Shown: positions 49,931 to 63,637, numbered from the stretch's first letter. The stretch: DNA of 64,000 nucleotides from Camelus dromedarius (GCF_036321535.1 NC_087436.1:106208001-106272000); one strand, 5' to 3'. The notes: generated by a model from the sequence alone, not told the origin. Translations and numbers: made by a program.

Positions 49931-52900
49931 TTTTATATATTTATGTAAAGATTTCTAAGGAAGACCTCATGAAACACTGCCCTTCCCCCCTCACCTGGCC
50001 AAAAGAAAGATTTGATGTGAGAAGTCCAAGTCACCAGGACATTGTGGTCAGTTGACAACCCCAAAGCATTTCCTTAAAAATCCCTTTTTTAAAAATAACA
50101 TCTTTCCCCACCCAACCTTAGACAGACTAAAATATTAAAATGCAGCGCTTGGGTGCTTTTGTTTTTAATAGTGATTTTTGTGTGTGTGTGTTTTTGTTGT
50201 TCCACGAAAGTATTTTTAAAAATAGCTCAACCCAGTATTAGGGGAATGTTTATCCGGCTGTGTAGATAGACACGTCAACCAGGGGAACATAATAAGGTAG
50301 AGTTACTAGAAATTCTCAACGTGAAAAACAGGCATATTAAAATGAATGAAAAATTATAGGTGTTACTGCAGTAAGCTGCTTGTAATATTCTTTAACGGCA
50401 TATATTTCCTGAAATTGTGTTCCGGAGCGGTTTGCTTGCAAAATGCAAGAAAGCCCGTTTCCAAGGTCTGCTTGTGCGGCGCTACACGTAACCAGCAGGT
50501 ACTTTCAACTCTGGGGCTGGTTTATTGTACCATATTTTTGTTTGTTTATTTTTAACCTTCCCGGGCGTTAGATGGAGCTCAGTCTTTCTCCATTTGGATC
50601 TTCAGAGCTCAAAGCCACGTGCTGCAGGTAAGCTCAAGAGTCTGGAAAAAGTAGCTCTGTGGTGAACCTTTCTGGAAGGCAGGGTCTCAGGTGAGCTTGT
50701 GTGTGGTGGAGGGGGAGGGGGAGGTGTGGGAAGCAGCCCCCAAGTTCATGCCTTCTAGAGTAGGGTAGTGAGACACGGGGATGGGTGGCTTTGGCATTGC
50801 TGGGACTTGGAAGGGGCCATCGTTTTAGGGCCATGTTACCCTAGGTTTTGGTGGCTGTTGGGAGTAACCTGGAGAAAAGCACTCATTGTTGTAGGAGTTG
50901 AAAAAAGCGGGGGACCGTACCGGAGAGGATGGGAGGATAGTCCTCCTGCAGGGGGCTGAACCCAGACTGTGAATGCAGCTGGGAAGCTGGCGACATTTGG
51001 CTGTCGTTCTGCATTGAAAGTTGTCTTGAGGATGCCGTTGCGCTTTTCAGGGAAGTGACCCCTCTGAAGAATGTGTGGCAGCCACAGCTGTGCCCAAGAC
51101 AGGGGACTGGGGAGGGAGGAGCGTGGGTCCAGAGTCAAAGGCAGCTGGCCCTTTGGAAGAGGAGAGACAGCTGTGGCTTTTCCTCCCTCTCTCTCTCCTG
51201 CACCAAAGAACACCTCGTGAGAGACCCAGGGTGCTTGTCAGTGAGATGAATTGCTAAGCATGAAGTTTGAAAACTGCTGGCTCTTTCCTGTTGGAAAGCA
51301 GTTCGCTTGGCCTTGTCCTGGGGACAGTGCATTCCGAAGTACGCTTGGGTGAGCCTTAAGCCCGCAGCATCGCAATTCCCACCTAAATGAATGATACTTT
51401 GGGTGGATTTGCGTCGATACGTTGGCTAAATTCTGAGGAAAGTCCTGTAATCCGTAAGTCTGGTGAAGCCAGCTGTTGTTCCCCTTGAAAAGGTCAGGAT
51501 AGCATTGCATTAACAAGCACGGTTTTATTTTTTACTCCTAGTAACTCATTATGTATTTTGTTCTGATTTCCCTCCTCGGATAGCCCAGTATTGACATGTT
51601 CTCTTTTTAAAGTTGGGCAGCTTGATTGAAATAAACATGGAGAAGAGCCTAGAAAGAGATCTTTTGTTGGCTTTTTTAAATTGGTAAAACACAACCAAAA
51701 CCACTTCCAATGCCACTGTCCCACCCCGCACACCTAGAGTTATCATCCCTTCTCTCTGGTCAACTGTGTCCTAGAAGTTCCCAGTCCTTGGCCCATAGCC
51801 TCATCTGCAGCTTCACTTTTGTCTTCTTCTAGTTGCCCTGAACTCATCCCCGTGTTTCCTTTTCCAAATTTATTGTTTATCTCATCAATAGGAGGAAAGG
51901 GCTGCAAAATCAATGTCTTCCCATGTGGGAAGACGGGCCCCTAATTGAGACTTGTTTGTGAGGGTACAGGCAGCAGAAGTGAATTATTGGCTTGCCGATT
52001 TCAGGAGAGCCTGTTTTCAGTGTCCTCTGCCAAAGATCATGCAGAGTGCCAATTTCAATTGATTTCTCCATAAAATTGAGTTCAACCTTCCCCAACATAA
52101 TCCGAGTCAGAAATGACAGAGAACTGTAGTGAATGGTCTCACTTTAAAAATTTTATCCTTTAGAGTCAATTTTGTTCTTGCAGGTCTATTATCGTTATTA
52201 GCCTTGGACTATGAGACACTCACATCACTGGCCTTCCTAGTCATCAAAACACAGGCAGAGCCAGCTGGGGAAGTGTGGGAGTGATGGGACAGCCCCCAGC
52301 CATCCCTCCAGGGTAGGGCTTCCCACTGGGTGTGCCACTGGAAAATGCCACTGGCCCCGAAGATCCCAAGTGCAGGGGTTCACTCTATGTTTCGAGTCAC
52401 ATGCCCTGAACCTAATGGACTGTTTATAGCAGATTGTTTCCCTTCTCTCCAATTAGTCATTTCCCTCTTTCTTGCAGTCTCTCTCTCTCATGTACGTGCA
52501 TACACACCTCCTGCCTTCTGCTCAGAGCCCATTGCTTTGGGAACCACCAATCAACCAACCTAATTAAAACACGTTTTTCCAATTGCTGGAGCAATTCCCC
52601 CAGTGCTGTGCCTTGCCACCACCACGCTGGGCCTGCTCAGTTCCTACCTGTCTTCGGCTCCCACACAGGCTCATCTTGTGCAAAAGTCAGTTCATTGGGT
52701 GTTGCTTTGCATTCTGAGATTGAAAGCATGCGTTTTTCTCTTAGGAAGCCAACTTCATCTAAAGAAGAGAGATGTGCACATGCTGTGTTAATATCGCATC
52801 ACTCCCTCCACCACTTCTGCCCCCACCTCACCACCACCTTTCGGGCCATCTTAAGCAGCAGTTCAGCATTCATTGGACAATTGCAATGGGCCAGCTCTAT

Positions 52901-52989
52901 GCTGAGTACTTTGTCTTTTTTTATTGCAGGCATTTTGATTTATGTCAGTGCATCTCTTTCCCCAAGTTGGCTGTCCCCACAGCTTTAAA

Positions 52990-53685
52990 AAAATGGTTAG
53001 CTTAACCATTTTTAAGTATATTTTTAAGTGGTATTAAGTATATTCACCTTCTTTGTGCAACCATCACCACCGTCCATCTCCAGAACTCTTTTCAGCTTGC
53101 AAAACTGAAACTCTGAACCCATTAAACTATAATTCCCCATTCTTTGTTCCTCCAGCTCCTGGAAACCACCATTCTACTTTCTATGAATTTGACTTTTCTA
53201 GGTTTCTCATGTAAGTGGAATCTTACAGTATTTTTGTGACTGGCTTATTTCACTTAGCATGATGCCTTTGAGGTTCCACTATATTGTAGCATGTGTCAGA
53301 ATCTCCTTTCTTTTTAAGACCAAATCATATTCTCCTAGATGTGTATACCACACTTTGCCTTTCCTTTCATCCGTTGATGGACACTTCAGTTGCTTCTACT
53401 TTTTGGCTGTTGTGAATAACGCTGCCATGAGCACGGGTATCAAATCTCTCTTTGAGGTCCTTCTTTCAATTCATTTGGATAGATACGCAGAAGTGGAGTT
53501 ACTGGATCATATGGTAATTCTATTTTTAATTTTTTGAGAAACTTCCATATAGTGTTCCACAGCCGTGACACCATTTTACATTTTCACCAACAGAGCACAA
53601 GGGTTCCAATTTCTCCACATGCTGTCCAACATGTGTTGTTTTCTGCCTTTTTGGTAGTAGCCATCCTATCAGGTGCAAGGTACTA
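52990..53685 (-). mobile_element. L1MB-like 3' end
   Basis: gtgcaaccatcaccaccgtccatctccagaactcttttc...gtgactggcttatttcacttagcatgatg. Confidence 0.9.
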
Positions 53686-53769
53686 TCCTAAGAACTTTGG
53701 ATGCCTCACAACCACCCTGGGCAGGGGGAAGTATTATTTTCCTCATTTTAAAGATCAGAAAATTGAACT

Positions 53770-53945
53770 TAAATATTCTCATGCAAAAAAAGAGGTGAAT
53801 ATGTGAGGCGATGGATGTGTTTATTAACTCAACGGAGGGGAAATCCTCTCACAATGTAAACAAAAATCAAGTCATCATGTGGTACACTTTAAATATCTTA
53901 CAAATTTATCTGCCAATTATATTTCAATACAATTAGGGGGGAAAA
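53770..53945 (+). mobile_element. L1MA/MB 3' terminal fragment inserted in a MIR
   Basis: atatgtgaggcgatggatgtgtttattaactc...tacactttaaatatcttacaaattt. Confidence 0.8.
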
Positions 53946-55389
53946 GACCAGGACATTTAGGCTTGGGGATGTCAAAGAAATTGTTCAAGGCTACACAGCT
54001 GGTTAACTCAAATCTAGCTGCCATTAGAGTCATTCTAGGAAAAGTAAGGTCCCTGTTCTATGTTTCCTTGTTCTGGCTATATTGACAGTGTATCAACAGA
54101 GAATTGGAGGCTTTTAAGTTTTCATTTAATGGCTAAAATTGCCACATACTTTCTCAAGGAAACAGCTCTGCATATTGTATATGAGCGCAAAGAAGATATT
54201 CTCCTTTTAGTATTCTGAGGAAAACAAAGGAGAACTAAGCTAAACAAAAATGGGACACTTTATTCTCTGCACCGTAATATTTCCCTAACTGGGCAAGTAG
54301 GAGCCGACCTGGTGACCCTCCTAGGGTCAGGGGGAGAGTGGCTGTTTTCTGTCAGCCTAAGCAGAACATGTCTTTATAAAGAAAAATTGGTAGCCCAGAG
54401 AGTATTACCTTAGAGCCAAGGTAAAAGGCTTACACATAAACATATGCATTTCATTGCCACCAGTGATAGCAGTCCTGTAGCTGAGCCCCAAGTTTGCCAC
54501 TTCCTAGCTAAGTAACCTTAAGTAAATATATTCACTTCTTTGAGACTCAGTTTTCTTGTCGATAAAATGGGAATACAAATGTTTGGCTCATAATATCCGT
54601 CCTCTTCTCCCGAAAGAAAGAGTGAGAGCAAGTGAAATCTTTTATGTACATTAGAAAGTCAAGCTTGGTACCCACCATGACTACCTTTGGTCCAGTCAGA
54701 CAAGGGGTGTCTCTGATTCAGACTGACGACTCTGTCACTGATCAATCCTGGGGATGGCATATCTCAGCTGAGATGTGATCTGGTGCCAGGCACCAGCGGA
54801 GAACGCAGCAAAGATGCCTCTCCTGAATTGAATGTAAACATGGAGACTGGGGCAGAGGGAAAACCAGTGGACTGGTCCGGTCTCGGATTTAGTGTTAACT
54901 TGTGGCATTGCATTGAAGCTCTCCCAACTAAAGCTCTCTAATCTGCAAAATACATGGCTGACTTGTTAGTAACAAGTCAAACTAGTTTTCTTAATCTTTC
55001 TGTGTGTTAATACGGTCTTTTGATCACGTTTGTGTTTCTTTTTCTGAACACTGTGCTTCAGTGCAATGAGTTCTTATATATAAAGTGCTCAGTACTTTTC
55101 CTGGCATTTAATGGCTGTGTAGTAAACATTTTCTCGTTCCTTTCTCTTTTCTCTCTCTCCTTCCTTTCTTCCCTCCCACTTTCACTCTGGAGAGGAGCGA
55201 GGTTCTCAACTGAGGCCTATGGAACCCCTTTCCGGATGCACATTTATTTTACTTTCCATTACTACCCAGACCTAATTGATAGCTACTTCTTGGATAAAGA
55301 TGGCTGGTTATGTACTCTGAAATCATGAGACTGGTCTGTCAGGACAATATTTGCCCACAGGACATGGGGGCCTCCTAAAAAGCAACTGA

Positions 55390-55720
55390 AATCTTAGAGT
55401 GTGCATTCTAGAATCACACAGGCACGGGCTGGAATCCGAGCTCACCTTCCTGCAGTCATGTCAACGAGGTGCGGTCCAGAGAAGTGTTAAACATCCTGGG
55501 TTCTTAAGTCTTTTTCACTTTAAATTCCACCTCGGCCACTTAATAGCTGTGTGATCTGGGGCAATACTTAACCTCCTTGTTGTGCCCCAACTTCTTCATC
55601 TGTAAAATGGGATAGTAATAAAAATTCAGGGGGTCGCGAGGTTTAAATGTGATGACATGTATGACACGTTTAGGACAATGCCTGTGGTGAGTTAGTAATA
55701 CTGTGACTCTACTATTACTG
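55390..55720 (+). mobile_element. MIR SINE (interrupted)
   Basis: ccacttaatagctgtgtgatctggggcaatacttaacc...catctgtaaaatgggatag. Confidence 0.85.
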
Positions 55721-56794
55721 CTGCTGCTGTGACAGTTCCTATTGTTACTTCTGCAGTAACGACTCCCGCTATGGCAGAGTCATCCTCCTGCTTAAAAGCA
55801 TCACTCATTTCATGACCGTTTCTTGGATTCAGACAGCTTGTGAAATATACCTTATAGCACAACTGCTAGGTGCTATGCACTGACTTCAAGTTCTAAAGAG
55901 AGAGCATTTCTTAATTTAAATAAGCTTTCTCCTATTAATAAAGTATGTTAATAGTAACTCATTTGCCAGTTGAGTGAGATTATGTTTTTACCAAGAGGGT
56001 TAAATATGTATGTAAAATGTAAATTATGTAATTTTTTTTTTACTCAGTTGAAAAGATATTTTCAAGCACCCATCTACAGTGTAACTTATTCCAGAGTACA
56101 AATAAGATTAGTGGCAGGGAGAAGAGAGCAGTATTTAAAAACCCGAAATAGACATACGTAGAACATAAAGTTGAAAATTCAAATAGAATAAACATCTCCC
56201 CAAACCTCTCCTTTTTTTCCAGGACATCAGTGTTAGGTTGTCATCTCAGATGGGTTACTTCCTCAAACAAACATATGTTTTAAGTGCCCACATAATTTTT
56301 TTTTTGAGAAAAGATATTAAGAAGGAATCTGTTACATTCCCTCCCAGAGACCACCTATCTCCAGGAGCAAATAACGCTGTATCTAAAAATGAGCATTTTT
56401 TTTTCTCCTTAGGATATCTCTTCTTAAAAATCACGTTCAGATTCTTATAATTCCAGTACCTCCAACAGCTGGTTCTGTCCTCTAATCCCTTCTCCATTAG
56501 AGAAGTCGACACTGCTTTGAGCAACACTGGTGAGCTGATGACCCAAATCTCCTTAATCCAGAGCAGCCGTGATGCTAGACCAGGAACTAGGGTATATTTT
56601 TCTCATTTACTCCACACATTTTCTCATCCCCTTTATATCTGCGTGGTGTTCTGTTGATTGAGGCAGCGTCACAGCTAGCGGGTTGGTTGGCTGCAGCTGG
56701 TGGGGAGTCGGGGGATTGAATGAGCAAGACCTGGACTTTTTTGGGTTCTCCTGGGTACCAGGCACAGTCCGATCACGGTGTAAAAAGCAGCTGC

Positions 56795-57010
56795 AGTTTA
56801 TTGAGCAATTCACTGCGCCCCAGGCAGATGCTGAGTTTGAGCACATTATCTTATTTAATCCTCACAAAGAACCCGAGGCTTTATCTCCACATTACAAAGG
56901 AGGAAACTGAGGTGCAGGGGAGCGAAGCATCCCCTGTGCCGACTCTCGGTTAACGGCAATAGTGGCTGAGGTTGAAGCTCAGCTCCGTCTGACTTTAAAA
57001 CCTTCATTCT
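56795..57010 (-). mobile_element. MIR SINE
   Basis: ttatttaatcctcacaaag...ggaggaaactgaggtgcag. Confidence 0.8.
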
Positions 57011-58409
57011 TATTCACTGTAAAGATAGTGTTTGGATGGATGGGTGGGTCCACCTGGAATTCCATTTTTAATGGTGTCAGGGATTTACGATTGATGGACC
57101 CTGTGTTATTTTTTCCCGTTGTTCCTCACCTTTTACCTTTCATTTAGGCTACACTCCTAAGGCACAGTGCTGGTGGTTGTCAAAGCTGGTGCCTAGACTT
57201 GTATGAATGTGACTTTTCAGCCACTTTATTCCATTTCCTCTTCTATTTTGCCCTTTGCACATGTGCCTCATGGCCAGGCCACAACATAAGACTAATTCCT
57301 TAGATTATTCGCATAACCCTTTGGGTCCTATATTTGACTTATATTCTGAAGGAGCGTTACAAAACCTCGCATTGACTGGATAGAGGTGTAGGTTGGGCCA
57401 CTTGTTACCAGAGAACTTCTTATTCTCAGAGAATGAGAAATCGTGCTGGATTAAAAAAATAGATTTATATCTGGCTGCACAGCAGGGAGGTGTCTTGGGA
57501 ATTACTTCCATACATTTATGTATCTGAATATTTATTTACCACATTATCTTTTCCTATTATTCTTATTATATTAATTATTATAGCTCAGAAGGAGAGTTAT
57601 AAAGATAATGTGGAAAAACGGAGGGACAGTAGTTCTGCTTGGCTACGACAGGGGCAAATTAAAAAAAAAAAAAAAGGACGCACACAGAGAATGTAGGCTG
57701 TTTCCAGGGACAATTCTGTGGCGTCTGATTCTACTTGAGAGGCTCTGCTGTTCCCTCCACCTCAGTTTCTCAAAAACGTGTCATTCACTCATCCGTTCAC
57801 TCATCCATTCATTCATCCTTTCATTCAATGTAAGAGCATCTGAGTGCCTATTGTGAACCACCCATTTTGTCAAGCCCAAACTGACACCTCTCCCTGTCTT
57901 AGATGATTTTCTGTGATGACAGCAATAGTCATGAGCTTCAGAACCTCAGAATCGCTGTGGACGCCCTCCAACAATGCCCAGTATCCAAACCTTGACCATT
58001 GTTTTTCCGTGATGCCCATCTTCTTTGTTCAGCTCCTATTATCCCACCCAGGGACTACTGTTCTTTTCTTGTAATTAATCTCGAGACTTCCAGTTTTCAA
58101 TACTTTGTGCCCATCACTGCTGAGAACGGCTGTCCCAGGCTGACACACTCGCCAAGTTTCTCCCCTGCTCAGAAGCCTTCAGTAACTTTCCCCCTTCTCT
58201 GCAGATATCAGAGCTCATTCTATCCCCTGGCCTCCAGAGGCGGCCACAGCCACTCCCTCGGCTTGCACGTCCCCATTGCTTCTTGGCTCGCACTTGCTGT
58301 CTAAGCCACATTGTTGTCTTCCCAGCCCCTCTTCTTACTAACAGTTAACCAAGCATTGATTGTGTGCCTACAACTCGCTAGACAGACTCATGCTCAAGCT
58401 ACATTTTTA

Positions 58410-58650
58410 GAACTTAAGAATGCAGACACTGAATACATGAATTCTAGTTCTGCCACTGGTGAGCTATTTAATTTAAGCTAGTGCCTTCATTTCCTTTGAT
58501 CCTCTATTTCTTATCTGTAGAATGGGGAGGGGGTAATAATAGCACTTAACTTATAAGATGTAGTGAGTATCAAAAAAAAAATTGAAGATAACAGCCTTTA
58601 GCTCAGAGAGAGCTGGGTAGAGTGAGTGCACAATAAAAAGCCATCATTAC
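58410..58650 (+). mobile_element. MIR SINE
   Basis: tctagttctgccactgg...atttcttatctgtagaatgggg. Confidence 0.8.
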
Positions 58651-60055
58651 TGTTGTATCACTTATGATGGAAGATAGTCTTTAAAAAATGCGTTCCATCT
58701 TTTTTCAAACATGAATATATATCCTTTGAAACCCCTTTCCAGGGAACAGGAGCCATATCTTTTGTCATATTCCTTGTTCTTAGTACACTACCTGGAATTC
58801 AGTAAAACATTTGAATGAATGAATAGAGTTCTGTAAGAAGACTAGGTTCTAAATGAAATGTTTATTGGATTTGGTAAAAAGACTGATAAAATTGCTTTTG
58901 TTAATGAGTGTTTAAGGATCAGACTTGCCTCGGACAATTTGCATTTTGCAGAAATAGATTCCACAATGCCAAGAACAACCACAACTCAAATATTTCTCCT
59001 ATGCTGTAGAATTAGAATGTGAAGGAGAACAAGAGGCCAGACAGGCCACTTCATGTAAAGAGGGAAGCCAGGCTACTAGAGAACTGTGATGTGAGGGATG
59101 AATTTGCAATTAATTGGCCTATCCCTTTAACTAAATTACACAGAGGAGAAGCTTAGAGCAGGCAGAGTCAAGGAGATTTTTGGTGGGAGAGTCAGGAAGC
59201 TACATAAGAGGCTAAATAAAAGAATACTCTAGTCACTAAACTATACCATACAAATCAGTAAGGTCATATTGTCTATTCCAAGGGTTCTTAAATAGCTAAC
59301 AAGAGAGTAATTCATGAGAAAAAAAAAAGCTTCAGAAAAACCAGAGAATGAACATTAGAAACCATGGAAATATGCAATTCTCCACACAGTCAGTCCTTGA
59401 TTAAACACGCTTATGGAGGAGAGTTCAGATGAATCAAATTTGGGGATAATCCTCAAACTATGGGTTTGCTTTTGAAGTGCTTCTGTGCTTGTCCCGTCCC
59501 CTTCACAGTGGGAGAACAGAACTTCTAATTATATTTGCTAATGTCCTTCTGAAATCCCTGGGTGGACATTGACTAAGGTTGGGAGCCAGTGTCTTGAAAG
59601 GGCCTGCAGAAGTTGAAGTGGGCAGTTCTGGATTGGGGAAGATGGAACCAACCGTGGCCTTGGATAATGGAAAAGTGAATAATCTACATACAATCTTCAT
59701 AAAGCCAAAAACCTCTCAAAGAGCAGCCGTGGCAAGGCTCACGTCAAAGGAAACTAGTCGTTGACATTGATTTACGTTTTCATTGTTATCTATCCAACAG
59801 ATGCTCAGGAAGTAGGACACGCTTAATATCCACAGCTTCTTTCCTCTCTTCCTGTCTTGTCTTTCAGATAAACATTAGCCATTCCCCTCAAATACTCCTC
59901 TCTCCATCCTTCCCTAGAATTTCCCCCAAGTCCACACCAGGAAACTACTGCCTTATTCCTCTACCCTATTCCTGGGCCTATTAGCTTTCTTCTGTTCCAG
60001 AGTAAATCCTTTCTTCAGGCCTTCTCAGGGTTTTTCCTTCACTCATTATTCTAAT

Positions 60056-60063
60056 TATCTATC

Positions 60064-60110
<47 letters not shown>
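60056..60110. repeat. (TATC)n / GATA tetranucleotide repeat
   Basis: Direct inspection. Confidence 0.98.
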
Positions 60111-60112
<2 letters not shown>

Positions 60113-60339
60113 ATGGCCTAGGACCTCATAGGAGGAGAACATACCAATACTAGAATTTTCCTTGGGGATAGAAAGATTAAGGGAAGAGACTGTGAAAATT
60201 AATGTATTGTCCCTATAACAAGCAAATATAATAACTGAGAGTTCCCTACATGCAGAGATACAGAAAGCAGAATACCATCTCCATTTTACATATGAACAAA
60301 CTGAGGTTCAGAGATGTCATATGTTGACTAAAGATAGGA

Positions 60340-61470
60340 AGTTTTTTCTTTAATTTCCATTAGTTTGTCAAATTAATTGCCTGATAGATTGGAAGAAGTT
60401 GGTGTCTAAGATTGGAGTGTAACACTGGGTGCAAAATAAGATCTGTGGACAGCTTGGAGGAAGTTATAAAAAGATAAATGGCTATGCAAAAAATTTTCTG
60501 TCCTTCATAAATTCTCTAGGCTCAGGTTGGGTGTAGACAAAGTTCTCAAAGGCACCATTTGGGATGAGCTACATTTCATCAGTATTGGAAAGACTGGCTT
60601 GAACCCTGTCTGAACTCTGACTTTCACAGGGTGCTGCAAGGGTCCATTTGTCCTTGCTTATATTCATCACTCTTTGGAATTCTTGAGTTAAAAAAAAAAT
60701 AAGCCATAAAATGTGTTTACTTATGTATATTATAGCAGATCAAAGAGCCACTTCTGATTATTGAAGATAATCAGGCAAAAATGAGGACAGATCTAGGTAG
60801 AAAAGTGAAGCGTTGACCAAAGAGCAGAGCTGAGGAAGAGGCGGGCCCCAAATTATGTCAGCTGTTGTCAAGGGAGGTTTCTGATGGAAAGACCGGTTCT
60901 GGAACGCCTGAGATCATGAAGTGCGTGTTTGTATATGTGTGCATTTGTTAAGGCACCATTTTGCTTTCAAAAAAAGATGAAAAGGAAATACTGCCAGCAA
61001 GGATGACGAGAATGATAAATGGATTAGAGGGCATGACTTACTGTACGAAGAGAGATTGAAGTAATATAGCATAGATAGCCTAGAGAAAAAAATAGCAAAG
61101 GAAAAGGGAAATTGCTAATACTTCTAAGCACCTGAGAGGTTGTAACATGAGTGACATTCATTTTGGAACTTGAGCACATCAAAAGACATGCTTAGTATGG
61201 TCTGGAGATATATATTTGCCCATTTACCCACTACGTTCAATGACACTGAACCAGAAAAGGCAGGAAGTGAAGTGTAAAGGCTGAAGAGTTGGAAAGAACA
61301 CATTTTAAGTGTTTATGTTACCTCCAAGGAATGATGTTATTAACTTTCTGCCCTGTAAGATTAAGAGTGACATTAAGCATGGGAGATTATATAGCTTCTC
61401 TGTGTGTTCATGAATAGAATTTCTGAATGATGTCTGAGCCTTCAGAGTGGCCTGGGATGGGCCTGGTGAT
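60340..61470 (+). mobile_element. L3/CR1 LINE remnant (RT region to 3' end)
   Basis: VLQGSI (60631-60648, resembling the RT motif GVPQGSVL) and YEERLK (61044-61061), typical of the CR1 ORF2 C-terminus. Confidence 0.7.
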
Positions 61471-61544
61471 CGCTAGACCTTGAGGACTTTTCTGCTGTTG
61501 GCCAAGAAGGACTCATTACAAAGCATTTATTGATTCATGAACTA

Positions 61545-61710
61545 ATGGTTAAGTGCAGGGATCCTGTATTCATCTACTTGGGTTCAGATCGTGACTCAGC
61601 TACATACTAGTTGGCAATCTGACAAGGAACTTAACTTTTCTAAGACTTAAGTTTCCTTATATGTAAAAAAAAAGTATAAATACCAGTCTATCTTATAGGG
61701 TTCTTTTAAG
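61545..61710 (+). mobile_element. MIR SINE
   Basis: tggttaagtgcaggg...cttgggttcagatc...aagtttccttatatgtaaaa. Confidence 0.8.
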
Positions 61711-61739
61711 TAGAGAGAGCATTACTCTAATGAAACCAA

Positions 61740-62640
61740 AGTCAAGAGGGAAATAATGAGTTTGGAGGACCATAGTAGTTCACTGAAGCAAAAAGATGGT
61801 GCAAAGGAATAATGGATGAATGATGAGATAGGAGAGGTAGGTAGGGGCTAGAAAAATGAGAGCCTCAAATGTTATATTGGTCAGAGTACACACATGGCTG
61901 TAATAATTATCACATCGTAGCAACTTAACATAATAGAAATGAATACGTCACTCAAGTAGCAGGTAGCTTTCAATATCATGTAAGAAGCCTAGGTTTCCTC
62001 CATCTCATGGCTCTACCATTTCTTAGGGTCCCCTCCCCAGAGCCCTGGAGCAGCCCCTCTGCATCCAGAGGCAGACTGGGGAAGCGAGAGCATGGCGGAT
62101 GGCTTGGGAGACTTTTATGGACCATATTGGATATAGCAAATGTCATTTTGTTTTATGTTGCATTGTCTAAAAACACACTCACATGGTCACAACTAACTGC
62201 AAGGATAGCTAGTCAATGACCACCAGCTGTACACCCAGGAGAAGAGAAAATGAGTTTTGATGAACCCACAGCCAGCAGTATTGGCCACATATGGCATGCT
62301 GAGAATCTTGGATTTAGTCTTGAAGGCACTAGATAGTCGCTGAGGTAAATGAAGCTAATGAATGACCAAGTTTGCATTTTAGAAAGATGAATCTGGCAGA
62401 AGAAGAATTGATGGGGCCAAACATTCAAGTTAACAAGTAATCTGAATAATGTGAAACACAGTGAGTCCCAACCAAGGGAGTGGTATGAGGGATGGGGAAG
62501 AGGAGGCTGATTTGAGAAATGTGGAAGAGTTTGAATGGACAGGGTTACGAATTAGTGGCTGGGAGTGCAGAAGAGAGAGAGGATAAAAGGATTAAGAACA
62601 CCCAACTGTCATTCACTGAGAGAGGAAACAGAGTGGGAGA
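61740..62640 (-). mobile_element. L2 fragment interrupted by an MLT1 LTR (about 61878-62290)
   Basis: L2 gatgagataggagaggtaggtagggg...; LTR acatggtcacaactaactgcaagg; L2 resumes tttgcattttagaaagatgaatctggcag. Confidence 0.7.
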
Positions 62641-62792
62641 AAGATTTTATGAAGCAAAGTGAAGAGTTTGAAGAACAAAACACCCCATTTTCTTTTCTTT
62701 TGATTCCTATATTTTATAGTGAGCCTGTTTCTGAAACCAGGATTGGGACATGTATTTTGACATGCACAAGTGAAGCTGTGGGGCCAACATAT

Positions 62793-63311
62793 TTGTAATC
62801 AGGATTATCTTAGAGTATCTAGGGTGTAATAATATACATATATGTATATGGAGAGAGAGAGAGAAGAAGGAAGTGACTCTCGTGACTTCGGAGGCTGGAA
62901 AGTCCCACAATTTGCTGTCTACAAACTGGCGACCCAGGAAAGCTGGTGGTGTAGTTCCAATCCGAGTCCAAAGGCTGAGAACCAAAAGAACCGATGGTGT
63001 AAGTTCCAGTCTGAGGACCAGGAGAGCTGATGGTGTAAACCCCAACCCGAGGCAGGAGAAGACTGATGTCTGCACTCAAACAGGCAGAGAGAGCAAGTAT
63101 TCTTTCCTCTGTATTTTTGCTTTATCCAAACCCTCAGTGGACTGGATGATGCTCACCCACAGTGGGGAGGGCAATCCACTTCACTGTCTACCAATTCAAG
63201 TGCCAGTCCCAGCCAGAAGCACCCTCGCAGACACACCCAGAAATAATATTTAACCAATTATGTGGATACCTTGTGGTTTGGTCAAGTTGTCTCATACAAT
63301 TTACCATCACA
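62793..63311 (-). mobile_element. MLT2 (ERVL) solo LTR
   Basis: gaggctggaaagtcccacaatttgctgtctacaaactggcgacccaggaaagctggtggtg...gtcaagttgtctcatacaatttaccatcaca. Confidence 0.9.
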
Positions 63312-63460
63312 GAATTCCTCTTCTAGAGCCGTGAGAGGGCGTGGCCCTGCTGACACCTTGATGTTAGACTTTAAGCCTCCTGTAATTATGACAGAATAAA
63401 TTCCTGTTGTCTTTCAGCCACCCACTTTGCAGTACTCGGTCACAGCAACCCTAGGGACCC
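63312..63460 (+). mobile_element. MLT1 LTR 3' fragment
   Basis: gtggccctgctgacaccttgatgttagact...agaataaattcctgttgtc...cagcaaccctagg. Confidence 0.85.
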
Positions 63461-63637
63461 GGTGTGGAATGTGCGATGTAAGGGCATTGAGCACAAAGAG
63501 ATATTTTGACAGAGAGGGATGGTATATCTTTGTTCAGCATCTAAATTAGTCATTAGTTTTAAAATATTTTATATTACCAAATTATAAAGTAATTTACATA
63601 CATATGCTCATTCTCATATAACACAATTCCTACTGTA

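Noticed and set aside
52434..52988. Longest ORF in the track (184 aa), also 10155 (154 aa), 18199 minus (163 aa) and 41579 (146 aa)
   Set aside because: Non-ATG starts, Ser/Leu/Cys/His-rich random composition, no recognisable domain; expected by chance in 64 kb.
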